Of a stretch of DNA of 64,000 nucleotides, positions 1 to 9,766 are shown piece after piece (within the stretch, counting starts at the first letter, position 1; each line of letters opens with the position of its first letter). A model generated the notes under the pieces. The model ran no database searches, was not told the origin of the DNA, and was given only the letters and a program-made list of their open reading frames with translations. This DNA is from a virus (taxonomy: Duplodnaviria; Caudoviricetes): positions 97,120 through 161,119 of IMG/VR virus record IMGVR_UViG_3300029288_000082; one strand, given 5' to 3'. Both the position numbers and the translations under genes were made by a program.

Positions 1-337
1 CGGTGATCTGGCCCGACAGGCCGTTCGCGTCCAACGTGAGGCCATCGCCCCCAGCCTTCAGGAATCCCCCGAACCACGGCGTCCACCAGTCGGGCCGCGA
101 TGCGTACCCGATGCGCGCCTGCGCGTGCATGCCAATGGCAAACGGCGTGTCGCTCCCCAGCATCGCGATCGCCTCGTCGTACGGCGCATCGAACGTGAGC
201 TGCAAGGTGGCCGTCCGGCCAAACTCGTACAGCATCGCGACGCCCGTCAGGAACGGCGCGCTCGGGGGCGCAAAGATCCACTCCCTGCCCGATTTTGGGC
301 TCTTGAACCGAACCTGCGCCACGGGATCGGTGAACAT
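1..337 (-). CDS. Baseplate hub-like protein (gpD/gp27-like), N-terminal part; runs off the window edge
   Basis: My translation from ATG 337 is open to the edge (MFTDPVAQVRFKSPKSGREWIF...AQARIGYASRPDWWTPWFGGFL...). It lies directly after the LysM-like gene and tape measure, the usual hub position. Confidence 0.55.
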   Translation of the reverse strand, partial: MFTDPVAQVRFKSPKSGREWIFAPPSAPFLTGVAMLYEFGRTATLQLTFDAPYDEAIAMLGSDTPFAIGMHAQARIGYASRPDWWTPWFGGFLKAGGDGLTLDANGLSGQIT

Positions 338-340
338 GCG

Positions 341-706
341 TCAGCTTCCCTGCGGGAGGAGCTTGCGCTCCACCCACTCCCGCCGAGGGATCTTCAGGAG
401 GCGCCCCACGTACAACTGCACGTCCGGCAGGTCCATGCCGTTGCGTGCCGCGATGACCCACCCGCGATCGCTGCGGCTGTAGTAGCGCAGCGACAGGATG
501 TCCAGCCGCATGCTGGGGCTGTCCACGACGTAGTCGTCCTCGTTCTCGGTCACCCCCTCCCAGGAAGGCATGACGAACGGCTCGCGGAACCGCACGGGGG
601 ATCCCACCTCCAGGTCCCACACCACCGCCTCCGCCATGAAGCGCATCGGCGATCCAGCGTCCGCCGTGAGCACGCGCGCGGGGATGGTCGGGGTCGGCGC
701 AGGCAT
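341..706 (-). CDS. LysM/gp53-like baseplate or tail-X protein
   Basis: Motif RLDILSLRYY...WVIAARNG..P...LYVGRLLKIP; located immediately after the tape measure. Confidence 0.75.
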   Translation of the reverse strand: MPAPTPTIPARVLTADAGSPMRFMAEAVVWDLEVGSPVRFREPFVMPSWEGVTENEDDYVVDSPSMRLDILSLRYYSRSDRGWVIAARNGMDLPDVQLYVGRLLKIPRREWVERKLLPQGS

Positions 707-709
707 TGA

Positions 710-3700
710 TCAGCCTCCCAGTACAACCTCTCCACCCGACCCAACCTTGCCGCGGGTGATGAGGTCGCTCTTCGCGATGGTTTCCGTGTTCGCGCGGATC
801 TTGTCCAGGATCGCGCGCTGCTTCGCGCTCTCGTTGATGATGGCCATGGTCACCCCGGCCATCCCGGGGATGTTCAGCATGGCGCGCATCTGGGCCTTCA
901 CGTCCTCGGTTTTTCCCTCCACCGTCACCGTGCTCTGGAGCGACCCGCCGAAGTCGCGCATCATCATGTTCGCCACGTCTGCCAGCAAGCTCTTCTTCCG
1001 CGCCAACTCCTCCATCTTGGCCTTGTAGGCGTCGAACGTCGCGTACACCGAGGCGTCCAGGGTGTCGTTCACCGCCTGGGTCACCAGATCCACGCTCGTC
1101 GTGATCCCGCTAGCGAAAGACTCCATCAGCGCCATGCCAGCGTTGAACGCCGGATCAGCCGGTCCTCCAGCTCCAACGTTTGCCAATGGTCCGTCCAGAA
1201 TCGGAGAATGTGACGTCAGGCGATCCGCCACCGTCTGCGCAGCGATATCCGCTCCCTTTACCATCGCATCAATGCTCGGCTGTTCAGTCATGCCACCGGC
1301 GAACCCCAGGCTGACTTCTGCACCGGCATTCATCGCGCCCACCGCTGCCTGCCCGAACGCCTCGCTCACCTTCTGCGCGGCAGCCTGCGCTGCAAGCTGC
1401 GCCTGCGATTCCACGTTGGTCAACCGCTGCTGGGCCTCCTCCATCTGGATCTTCGCCTCGGCCCGGACCTCTTCCTGGCGGATGATCAAGTCCATGGCCT
1501 TCTTCACACCGACCGTCAGCGCATCGTCCTTGATGCCAGCAGCACCGGCTGACTTCGTGATCTGCGCCTGTACCCCCTTCAAGACGGCAGACGCCTTCGC
1601 TGCCTCCGTCTCGGCTTGCGTCAGCGCCGATAGCCCTTCTGGTGTAGTAATGTCCTTCCCCTGCAACCCCGACAGGGCCTTCTTGGCTTCCGCTTCCTGG
1701 TGAGCAGCCACTGACAACTTGTCCGCCTGCGCCTGCCACCCAGCCATCCACTTCTGTTCACGCTCGACCTGTTTCTTACCCTTCTTCTCGCCCGCGATGT
1801 CCGCGCCAGTGCCGATGCCAAACGCCTCCAGCGCGCCCGTTGCAGCCACCCCCTGCCCTTCCACCATCGCTGTCCAATTCTTCTTGTGCTTTTCAAACCC
1901 TTCCTTCACCTGCGCAAGACGGTCTTGCATATCCTTGGCCCGCTCTGATGCAAGTTTCGCTTCTAATTCTTTTCCCTTCTTCTCTGCGTACTCTGGATAT
2001 GCCAACTGCAATACAATATCCTGCAACCCAACAGACACTTCCTGGATGAACTTCTGCACCTTCAGCGCGAACCCGTGGATGTAGTTGCGCATCGACTCCA
2101 GCATGTTGGAGAAGTACCGCGAGATCGAGACATCGCCTTCCTGGGATGCCTGATCCATTCCGCTTCCAAACATACCAGCAATGGTCTGTGTCAACCCTAC
2201 TGTGCTCACTCCGGCGATCCGGATTGCTCCCTCTCCAGCGGTCATGATGCTATCACGAGCACGTCCAATCCATTTGGCCGTGGTCGTTGCCCACGATGTA
2301 TCCAATTCAGCCGAATCGAACGTCGCCAGTTCATTCAAAGCCGCTTTGCGGTACTCTACGCTCTGAAGCGCGATCTGCTGCGACACCGCCGTAGACGCGC
2401 GGATACCGTTGGCGATGCCACTCACCAGCGATGATCCAGCGTCCTCCCCGGCACCCTCCAGGTTTATGTCTTTTACCAAAGACTTCGACTTTTTTACCGC
2501 ATGCTCCATCCCATCATCGAAGTTATTCTTGAAGTTGTACCACCAGTCTTCGATGGCCCATCCTGCGTCCTGCAACCCCTCCTTCACGTTGAGTTTGAAC
2601 TCGCTGAACTCGGGGTCCTTCTGCAACCCATCCCACCACCCCTTGATGCTGTCGCCCATCCCGGAGAAGCTGTCCTTCACGTCCTCCCACGTCCATGAGT
2701 CCCACCACTCCGAAACGCTGTCCACGACCTCCTTGCCCAGCCCCCACAGCATCTTGCCCAGGCCCTTGGCCGCCTCCCAGATGGCGCCCCCCAGGTTCTC
2801 GATGAACTTGGTCCCAGCCTTCCCAAGCTCCCCTTCTGCTTCCTTGCCAGTGATCCACCCCCAGATGGCCTTGGGGATGAACGTGAGTGCATTCCACACG
2901 AAGCTACCGATGCTCTTTCCCACCTGCGCCCAATCGATCTTGGCCAGAAAATCGCGGATCTTTCCCGCAAGTCCTCCCACCCAATCGAGTGCTTTGGAAA
3001 AGACCTTACCCAGGTCCATCCCCCTCTTGGAAAGCATCTTTATGCCGACCACGACGCCGCCAATCACTAACCCGATGAGTCCTAGCTTTCCAATGAATCC
3101 ACCCAGTCCCCGTGTGAGCAATCCACCCGGCCCAGTCAGGATGGACAACTGGCCGAACAACGACATGACTGGCCCCGCCGACGTTGCCACCGACCCCAAC
3201 GCCGATCCTGCCAGCTCAACGATGGCCGAGAACTTGGCCATCTCCTTGTTGGACCCCTCCAAGTCCATGATCAACCCTCTGAACCCCAGCTGGTTCGCCG
3301 CCGACAGCCGCTTGATCAGCGGCCCCCATGTCTCGTCCGACGCCAGCTGCTTGGTCTGCGCTGCCACCTCGTTGTAGGCCCGCCCCATGTCTCCCACGAA
3401 CCGCACCACGTCCTTGCGGGCGATAGCCCGGAACTTGGTCTCGAAGCTGGACTTCATGAGGTCCATCGACTCCTGGAGCGTGCGGCCCGTGCTGAACGCC
3501 TGGTTGGCGTAGTCCTTCAGCGAGAACTTGCCATCCGACGTGATCTTGCTGACCCGCTCCAGCGCCTTGGCGCCAGAATCCCCGCGCTGCGCGAGGTACC
3601 CCAGCCCGTTCGCCGCCTCGCCCAGCGCCCCGCTGAGTTCAGACAGCATGGCCTGCTGCTGCGCACCACCCGTGCCGAAGCGATCGAACACCCCCTGGAG

Positions 3701-4672
3701 CAACTGCGTGCCCTTCACCGCGTCGCGCGACCCCACCTCGATGATGTTCACCGCCTCGTCCATCCCCACGCCCAGCTTGGTCATCCATTGGAACAGCGGA
3801 GAGTCATCAAGGGACCCGATGCCGTACTTCATCGCCCGCTCAATCGCAACCGCCTGATCCGCGAACATCTGGGCCGTCTGCTGGCCCAACTGGACCGCCT
3901 CCTCCTCGCTGCTGCCCATGGACCGGAACGCGCCCGAGAGGCGCACGGTGGACTCGGTGAGCGCCATCATCTCGTCGCCGCTACGCCGCATCTCCGGGGG
4001 CACCTTCTCGAACGTCTTGGCCAGGCCCTCCAGGTTGCCCTTGAGCTTCTTGAGCGGTTCCACGCCCACGCCCGCCTTGCGTCCCAAGTCGGTCAAGCGA
4101 TTGATGTACTTGACCTCGTCCGCCGCGCTGGCCTGCCACCACGCCCCCAGGCCGCCCATGGCGTCGGTCAGCTGGTCCATCTCGATCCCGGTCGTCTCCG
4201 TGATCTTCACCCAGTCCTTGGCCGAGTACCCCAGCGCGTCCAGCGCCTCCTTGGCAGGCCCCGTCGCCTGGTTCATCCCCTTGAACACCTTCGCCACCGT
4301 CTCCGCGCCGACGTTCAGCGAGATCGCCATCGACGAGATCTGGCCCGTCATCCGCCGGGCTTCCTTGCCCGTCAGGTTCAGGGATGCCACAAACGGCTTG
4401 GCCGCCTTGGCGTTGGCCACGGCCATCGCCTCCAGGCTGTTGGTCAGGTTGCCCGTGTCGCCCGTCAGGGAGCGCACATCCGACGCGATGGAGGCGATGT
4501 TGAACTGCTTGATGCTCTCGAAGAACCCCGGGACGTCCGACTTCTTGGCGATCTTGGACTGGGTCTCCATCGTGTCGTTGAGCTTGTCCATGCTGGACTG
4601 CGCCGACGACATGGCGGCCTTCATCCCCACGTCCCGCGCCCCCATGCCCCATGAGATGCCCAGCAGGTTCAC
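710..4672 (-). CDS. Tape measure protein (1320 aa)
   Basis: Long Ala/Gly-rich helical protein with a hydrophobic central segment and Trp-spaced repeats; downstream of the chaperone and tube genes. Confidence 0.9.
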   Translation of the reverse strand: MNLLGISWGMGARDVGMKAAMSSAQSSMDKLNDTMETQSKIAKKSDVPGFFESIKQFNIASIASDVRSLTGDTGNLTNSLEAMAVANAKAAKPFVASLNLTGKEARRMTGQISSMAISLNVGAETVAKVFKGMNQATGPAKEALDALGYSAKDWVKITETTGIEMDQLTDAMGGLGAWWQASAADEVKYINRLTDLGRKAGVGVEPLKKLKGNLEGLAKTFEKVPPEMRRSGDEMMALTESTVRLSGAFRSMGSSEEEAVQLGQQTAQMFADQAVAIERAMKYGIGSLDDSPLFQWMTKLGVGMDEAVNIIEVGSRDAVKGTQLLQGVFDRFGTGGAQQQAMLSELSGALGEAANGLGYLAQRGDSGAKALERVSKITSDGKFSLKDYANQAFSTGRTLQESMDLMKSSFETKFRAIARKDVVRFVGDMGRAYNEVAAQTKQLASDETWGPLIKRLSAANQLGFRGLIMDLEGSNKEMAKFSAIVELAGSALGSVATSAGPVMSLFGQLSILTGPGGLLTRGLGGFIGKLGLIGLVIGGVVVGIKMLSKRGMDLGKVFSKALDWVGGLAGKIRDFLAKIDWAQVGKSIGSFVWNALTFIPKAIWGWITGKEAEGELGKAGTKFIENLGGAIWEAAKGLGKMLWGLGKEVVDSVSEWWDSWTWEDVKDSFSGMGDSIKGWWDGLQKDPEFSEFKLNVKEGLQDAGWAIEDWWYNFKNNFDDGMEHAVKKSKSLVKDINLEGAGEDAGSSLVSGIANGIRASTAVSQQIALQSVEYRKAALNELATFDSAELDTSWATTTAKWIGRARDSIMTAGEGAIRIAGVSTVGLTQTIAGMFGSGMDQASQEGDVSISRYFSNMLESMRNYIHGFALKVQKFIQEVSVGLQDIVLQLAYPEYAEKKGKELEAKLASERAKDMQDRLAQVKEGFEKHKKNWTAMVEGQGVAATGALEAFGIGTGADIAGEKKGKKQVEREQKWMAGWQAQADKLSVAAHQEAEAKKALSGLQGKDITTPEGLSALTQAETEAAKASAVLKGVQAQITKSAGAAGIKDDALTVGVKKAMDLIIRQEEVRAEAKIQMEEAQQRLTNVESQAQLAAQAAAQKVSEAFGQAAVGAMNAGAEVSLGFAGGMTEQPSIDAMVKGADIAAQTVADRLTSHSPILDGPLANVGAGGPADPAFNAGMALMESFASGITTSVDLVTQAVNDTLDASVYATFDAYKAKMEELARKKSLLADVANMMMRDFGGSLQSTVTVEGKTEDVKAQMRAMLNIPGMAGVTMAIINESAKQRAILDKIRANTETIAKSDLITRGKVGSGGEVVLGG

Positions 4673-4705
4673 CGATGCCTCCTACCAGCGAACACGTGTG
4701 CGCTC

Positions 4706-4918
4706 CTACCTTCGCCTGCGCGCATGCCGCCGCGCGGATGCCGCCTGCTGCTCCGCCTGGGAGCGCCGCGACTCTTCGAGGCGCCCCTTCTGCTCCACGA
4801 ACCGCTTGCGGCGGCTGTATGGCATGCCCATGATGCTGTCGTAGGTGCCACCTTGCAGCTCCATGAGGAAGAACACCTCGCTCTCCTGCGCCGCTAGGGC
4901 GCCGAGGGGAAGAAAAAA
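4706..4918 (-). CDS. -1 frameshift extension of the tail chaperone (G/GT-like; gp51-like peptide)
   Basis: In-frame slippery heptamer T TTT TTC at 4918-4912. The -1 frame reads FLPLGALAAQESEVFFLMELQGGTYDSIMGMPYSRRKRFVEQK and stops at 4706. Confidence 0.75.
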   Translation of the reverse strand, partial: FFLPLGALAAQESEVFFLMELQGGTYDSIMGMPYSRRKRFVEQKGRLEESRRSQAEQQAASARRHARRRR

Positions 4919-5751
4919 CTGGGCTGCCCCAGGTTCAAGTCGTCCCGCCACTCATGCTGACACGACGGACACGCAAAGTCTACTACCGTGTCCACGTGGC
5001 CTTCGTACTGCTCGAAGAGGGCCCGGATCTCGTTGCGGTCCCGCGTGGGGAGCCCCTTCAGGCACGCCATGGCCTCCTTGTGCTTCCGATCGCGCTCGAC
5101 GGGCACGCCGTCGATGGCCTCCACGCGCGTCAGCAGCCCCAGCGTCAGCGTGTCCTCCTTGCGCTTGCCCTTCGCGCTCAGCCACTCCTCGTCCGCCGCG
5201 GTCATGACGTGCCAGCGCACCACGCGCCCGGAGGACAGCGTGTGCTCCCACACCCGCTGCGTCCGATCCTGCATCGGCCGGATCTCGACCTGCGCGAGGT
5301 CCAGCGTGTAGCGCACCTCGTCGCGGCATTCCGGGCTGGGGCACTGCACCTTGACCTCGTACTGGTCGCCCAGTGACACGCGCCGGATGGCCAGGAGGGC
5401 CACCATGCGATCGCTGGCCGTCAGCGCCGCCACCGCTGCGTTGAGCGCCGCCCGATCATCGATGTTGCCAAGCCGGTGCGTGCAGTTCAGGATGATCTGG
5501 TTGAGCCGCTGAAGCACCGGGCCCTTCGCCGTCAGCAGGTCCTCCTCGTACCCCGTCATCTCGCCCACCACCAGCTCGCTGTGCACGCTCCCCTCCCGGT
5601 CCAGGTAGCCGCACGGCAGCTCCACCGTCAGCACGGTGGGGCGGATATCGGACCGATCCCAGTCCTGCTGCACCGCTGCCAGCTTCTCCTTGGTCGGCAC
5701 GATCGGCGCCTCCGGCGCCCCCTGCTCGCCCTTCTGATCCTGATCCGTCAT
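4894..5751 (-). CDS. Tail assembly chaperone / gp26-like hub assembly protein with Cys pairs (CPSPEC, CPSC)
   Basis: VELPCGY...MTGYEEDLL...LLAIRRVSLGDQY pattern; precedes the tape measure; ends in FFFP. Confidence 0.75.
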   Translation of the reverse strand: MTDQDQKGEQGAPEAPIVPTKEKLAAVQQDWDRSDIRPTVLTVELPCGYLDREGSVHSELVVGEMTGYEEDLLTAKGPVLQRLNQIILNCTHRLGNIDDRAALNAAVAALTASDRMVALLAIRRVSLGDQYEVKVQCPSPECRDEVRYTLDLAQVEIRPMQDRTQRVWEHTLSSGRVVRWHVMTAADEEWLSAKGKRKEDTLTLGLLTRVEAIDGVPVERDRKHKEAMACLKGLPTRDRNEIRALFEQYEGHVDTVVDFACPSCQHEWRDDLNLGQPSFFFPSAP

Positions 5752-5942
5752 TGCTCTTGCACCTTTCTATGTGCCCGCTGCGCATCCAGCGACAGCAGCT
5801 CTGCTTCGGCGCGGCGCTCCTGCCGCACCCAGCCGACGATCAACTCGCGCACCACGTCCGAGAGCGACCGCCCCAGGCGATCCGCGCGATCCCGGAACTC
5901 CACCAGCACGTCCTCTTGGATTTCCATATTGAGCCTCGACAT
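5748..5942 (-). CDS. Ribbon-helix-helix (CopG/Arc-like) DNA-binding protein
   Basis: MSRLNMEIQEDVLVEFRDRADRLGRSLSDVVRELI fits the RHH pattern; GGAGG RBS; ATGA overlap with the chaperone start. Confidence 0.75.
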   Translation of the reverse strand: MSRLNMEIQEDVLVEFRDRADRLGRSLSDVVRELIVGWVRQERRAEAELLSLDAQRAHRKVQEQ

Positions 5943-5958
5943 GCTACCTCCTGCGCAC

Positions 5959-6051
5959 AGTCTACGCATGATCTGCGCACGCGGTCAACCATCCGGCCCC
6001 AAAAAAGTGCAGGCATAGGGTTGACAAACGCAATGGAGGCATTATTATAGT
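5959..6051. promoter_or_regulatory. Divergent sigma70-like promoter pair
   Basis: Minus strand: TTGACC-18-TAGACT (5988-5959). Plus strand: TTGACA (6021-6026) followed by TATTAT/TATAGT (6043-6051). Confidence 0.65.
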
Positions 6052-6096
6052 CCCAAGATGCCGGGCGCTAAGCCCAGGCCAACCGAGGAGGATCCA

Positions 6097-6234
6097 ATGA
6101 AGATCGAACGCATCCGACGCCGGGTCATGCAGATCACCTACGACGGCCGCTCCCCGGAGATGGAGGCCCGGGCCAGCGCGCTCGCGCTCGCGCTGGGCGC
6201 GCGCGGCTACACCGTGACGCTGGTGAAAGCGTAG
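6097..6234 (+). CDS. Small hypothetical protein (45 aa; not in the ORF track)
   Basis: GAGGAGG RBS; MKIERIRRRVMQITYDGRSPEMEARASALALALGARGYTVTLVKA*; first gene after the plus-strand promoter. Confidence 0.65.
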   Translation: MKIERIRRRVMQITYDGRSPEMEARASALALALGARGYTVTLVKA

Positions 6235-6311
6235 GGAACTGGACGCGCACACGTGTGCGCATGATCGTGCCCACAACGGTGCCACGCACCGTTCAACCAG
6301 GAGGAGAAGCC

Positions 6312-7100
6312 ATGAACGAGACCGAGACCCCCAAGACGATCGACGGGCTGATCGTGGAGCTGCAGGAGGCCGAGGAGCGCCGCGACGACGCCCTGGCCGA
6401 CTACGGCCGCGTGCTCCAGGAGAAGCTGGCGCTGGAGGCGACCTGCGAGACCCTGCAGGTGCTCGTGGCCTCCGCCGAGGGGGCCGCCACGGGGTACAAG
6501 GCCGCGGTCGCCGACCTCGCGGCCCGGCTCCAGCTGGCCGAGGCCGAGCGCGACGCGCGCGCCCTGGACGAGGAGTGGCGGGCCAAGCGCATCGAGATCC
6601 AGAAGCTCCGCGACAAGTGCGAGCAGATGCGCAAGAACCTGATCGCCGTGGACGCCCGGGCGGACGAGCGGTACGAGGCGCGCGTCGTCGAGATCTGCGC
6701 CGAGCGCGACCGGGCCATCGCCGCCGCCCAGGCCGACGCAGCTGCCCAGATCGCCACCGCGGAGGCCGGCGTCGCGGAGCGCATCGCCACGATCCGGGCC
6801 GAGGCCGCCCAGACCATCACCGAGCGCTGCGCCCAGTCCGATGCCGCCGCGCGGCTGGCCACGGTCGCGCACGGGGAGGCCGACGCCCGGGCCGCCGCCG
6901 CCACGCAGCGGGCCGAGATCGCGGAGCGCAACCTGGCCATGGTCCGCCAGGCCAACGTCCACCGGGTCGATGCCCTTCGGGACGCGGTGGCCCTGACGTT
7001 CGCCTGGGAGCGGCGCGACACGCGAAAGGTCAAGTCGGCGGACGACCTGATGCAGCAGCTCCAGAAGACGCTGTACCAGGCGATCGCCGTGGCGCGGTAG
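6312..7100 (+). CDS. Long coiled-coil protein
   Basis: GGAGGAG RBS before MNETETPK; Ala/Glu/Arg heptad-rich; strong GC3 codon bias. Confidence 0.75.
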   Translation: MNETETPKTIDGLIVELQEAEERRDDALADYGRVLQEKLALEATCETLQVLVASAEGAATGYKAAVADLAARLQLAEAERDARALDEEWRAKRIEIQKLRDKCEQMRKNLIAVDARADERYEARVVEICAERDRAIAAAQADAAAQIATAEAGVAERIATIRAEAAQTITERCAQSDAAARLATVAHGEADARAAAATQRAEIAERNLAMVRQANVHRVDALRDAVALTFAWERRDTRKVKSADDLMQQLQKTLYQAIAVAR

Positions 7101-7171
7101 GTGCGGAGGATCCCCCCTCCCCCTGGGCAGAACCTGCGAGGTCCGGCATGGCCGGGCGAAGGAGAAGAAAG

Positions 7172-7393
7172 ATGGACCGCAGCGACTTGGGAACCGACAC
7201 GACCCTGGTGATCAACCTCGACGCCGAGATCTGGGCGGCCTGCCCCGACGAGCCCCTCAGCGCGGCCCCCCCGCTGCGCCTGGCGCCCGACCTGCGCTGG
7301 CGCGACCTCTACGACGAGGACGAGCCGGGATGCCTGTTCGACCGCTACCCGCGCACCGGCCGGGCCCGCAGCCGCCGGCGGCACGCCGCGTAA
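7172..7393 (+). CDS. Hypothetical protein
   Basis: AGGAG upstream of MDRSDLGTDTT; GC3 bias. Confidence 0.55.
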   Translation: MDRSDLGTDTTLVINLDAEIWAACPDEPLSAAPPLRLAPDLRWRDLYDEDEPGCLFDRYPRTGRARSRRRHAA

Positions 7394-7396
7394 CCA

Positions 7397-7801
7397 CTAC
7401 TGCGCAGGAGACAGCACGGGATCGGCGGCTGGATCGACGGTGGGATCGGGGGCGGGCCCGGGCGCCTCCTCGGCCTGGGCCATGCCCCGCAGGGCGGTCC
7501 GCACGGACGCGGCGCTGGCGCCGCTCACCTTGCCGCCCACCCGCTGGAGGCAGTTCACGATCACGGGGTAGAGCGCCTGCCGCAGCTCCGCCAGGACGGC
7601 CCCCGCGTCCCCCTCCTTGCCCACCACGGCCTGGAGGCGGGGCTTGACCTGGCTCCCTCCCAGCAGCGCCTCCAGGAGGCGCTCCACCTCCGCCTGGCTG
7701 GTGCGGAACGCGGGCGCGCCCTCCTCCAAGGACTCCTGGCGGGGCTCCCGAGTGGACTCCCGCATGAGCTGCCGCAACTGCCGTGCCTTCTCCGTCAACA
7801 T
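7397..7801 (-). CDS. Hypothetical protein, possibly virion-associated
   Basis: ORF with RBS (AAGGA) inside the structural operon. Confidence 0.65.
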   Translation of the reverse strand: MLTEKARQLRQLMRESTREPRQESLEEGAPAFRTSQAEVERLLEALLGGSQVKPRLQAVVGKEGDAGAVLAELRQALYPVIVNCLQRVGGKVSGASAASVRTALRGMAQAEEAPGPAPDPTVDPAADPVLSPAQ

Positions 7802-7823
7802 CGTCGCACCGTCCTTTCGTTCA

Positions 7824-8567
7824 CTAGCTGCGGGCCGCGCCCTTCAGCTCGCGCGCGCCCTTGGAGAGCACCCCTGCCGACACCGTGGCCCCGGCCGCCG
7901 CCAGCGCCTTGGCCACCAGCGCCTCCAGCGGGCCCTGGATCATGCCCGCGAACATCTGCGCCTGCCCCTCGTCGTCGAAGGTCCGGGTGAGCAGCACCTC
8001 CAGCTTGGGCGCCCCCAGCATGGCCTCCGCCATCCGCCCCACGACGCCCGCGCTGACCGCCTCGTCCACGCCATCCAGCTCGCGCAGGATGTCCTCGAAG
8101 CGAACCCCCATTGGGGCGCGCGCCGGAGCGGATGGCGCAGCAGCACCGGGCCTCTGGGCAACTGTCTTCTTCTCTGCCTTCCTCTTTTTCTCCCGAGCCT
8201 TGTTCACTTTGAGCAAGGTATTTTTTTGCCCCCGTTCAAAGTGACCGACCACACTGGCCTTCACACACTTCCCGAAGACCATCTTCATTCCAGGCGGACA
8301 CCCGCGCCCCAGCGCCTCGTCCATCTCCTCCTGCGTCGCCCCCGGAGCCGCCCCCTTGGCCCGGGCGATCTTGGCGCACAGCGCCTCCGGGTCGTCCACG
8401 CCGCCCTTACAGCGCATAAACTCGACGCAGCTCTGGAAGCGCTCCCCCTTCTCCCCCTTGAACCGGCCCGTCTCCGAGTCGATGTACTTGGCCTTGCACG
8501 GCTCGTCGGCCTCGGCCATCAGCACTTCCACCTCGACCTGCTCCAGGATCTCTCGCATGCTTCCCAT
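7824..8567 (-). CDS. Hypothetical, putative internal head protein
   Basis: GGAGG RBS; leader MREILEQVE; contains CPPGMKMVFGKCVK. Confidence 0.7.
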   Translation of the reverse strand: MGSMREILEQVEVEVLMAEADEPCKAKYIDSETGRFKGEKGERFQSCVEFMRCKGGVDDPEALCAKIARAKGAAPGATQEEMDEALGRGCPPGMKMVFGKCVKASVVGHFERGQKNTLLKVNKAREKKRKAEKKTVAQRPGAAAPSAPARAPMGVRFEDILRELDGVDEAVSAGVVGRMAEAMLGAPKLEVLLTRTFDDEGQAQMFAGMIQGPLEALVAKALAAAGATVSAGVLSKGARELKGAARS

Positions 8568-8732
8568 GATCCATTCCTCCAGATCCCTACGGGGATCCCG
8601 TAGGCGAAACCGCGGGCAGCGGCGCGCCGGTGCTCACCGACACGGGCAGCGGGACAATCCCGCTGGTCTGACGTAAGCGCGGGTCCCGCCGACGGCGCCG
8701 ACGTTTTCCCTGCTGCATGTCCACGATACCCT

Positions 8733-9083
8733 TCACCGACCTCGCTCCCGTGGCCGCAGGGCCACCTCCGCTCCGCGATCCGTGCGCTGCGCATCCGCGC
8801 GATCAACATCTTCCACCATCGCGAAGATCTTGGCAAGCTGCTGGGCTACCATCATGGCGTGGCGCCCCTCGATCTGCATCGTGATCGCCATGGGTCCCGC
8901 CGGCGTGGGGCGCGCTGCAAACCTATAACTGGACACCAGCCGCCCCCGCACCGCGCGCTCCCCACGCATGCGCAGGAAGCTCAGCAACCGGCTCTCCGTG
9001 CGCGTGAGGGCGCGCTCCTTTGCTGCCGCGACCGGGGGAACCTCGTCCAGGAGCGCCCGCAGGCGCTCGCTCTCGCGGGCCAT
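8733..9083 (-). CDS. Hypothetical protein
   Basis: ATG 3 nt after the amidase stop (MARESERLRALLDEV). Confidence 0.6.
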   Translation of the reverse strand: MARESERLRALLDEVPPVAAAKERALTRTESRLLSFLRMRGERAVRGRLVSSYRFAARPTPAGPMAITMQIEGRHAMMVAQQLAKIFAMVEDVDRADAQRTDRGAEVALRPRERGR

Positions 9084-9085
9084 GC

Positions 9086-9766
9086 TCACGGGATCGCATC
9101 CATGAGATGGTCCAGCAGGTAGCGGCCATCTGCATGCCCAGCGAAGTCGCGGTGCGCCACGATGCCAGGGCCCGGCTTCGCGGACCACCCCAGTGGGGGC
9201 TTGCGCCACCCCCGGATCCGCGGCTGGGGCGCCCCCAGGTCGCGCGTGGGGAACACCACGGGGATCCCCAGGTGGTCGCACAGCCAGGGCACCAGGACCA
9301 CCGTCACCGCCAGCTGGATCGGCAGCGGAGTCACGTAGAGGCGCTTGGCCCCCTTGGGCACCCAGCACCACCACGGCGCCGACACGATGATGCCGTGCGG
9401 CTCCCGCGCCAGCTCCGGCCGGTACGGGTTCACCACCTCCAGGCCCACCGACACCTTGTTGACCTGCCCCGCGTGCCAGCACACCTCCGTCGCCAAGTCC
9501 GCGTGGTTGTGGATCACGCCGTCCTTCCCCAGCACGAGGTGGATGCCCAGCTTGCGGCGCCGGATCGTGTCCGCGCAGCCCGTCGCCGAGTTGCCCGCCG
9601 TCTCGTGCAGCACGAAGGTGGTCAGCAGCTTCAGGCGCTCGGCGTTGGCCAGGTGCGGCTCGCCGTCGTCCTTCCAGTTGCGCGCCGTGCCCCCCGCCTC
9701 CAGCACGATCCGTGGCAGCGGCAAGCGCTCGCCACGCACGATGAGGTTGTTCGATGGCTCGCTCAA
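9086..9766 (-). CDS. N-acetylmuramoyl-L-alanine amidase (Amidase_2-type endolysin)
   Basis: FVLHETAG, GIHLVLGKDG, CWHAG..N..SVGLEV and IVAHRD Zn-amidase motifs; TTG start with GGAGG RBS overlapping the upstream TGA. Confidence 0.85.
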   Translation of the reverse strand: MSEPSNNLIVRGERLPLPRIVLEAGGTARNWKDDGEPHLANAERLKLLTTFVLHETAGNSATGCADTIRRRKLGIHLVLGKDGVIHNHADLATEVCWHAGQVNKVSVGLEVVNPYRPELAREPHGIIVSAPWWCWVPKGAKRLYVTPLPIQLAVTVVLVPWLCDHLGIPVVFPTRDLGAPQPRIRGWRKPPLGWSAKPGPGIVAHRDFAGHADGRYLLDHLMDAIP

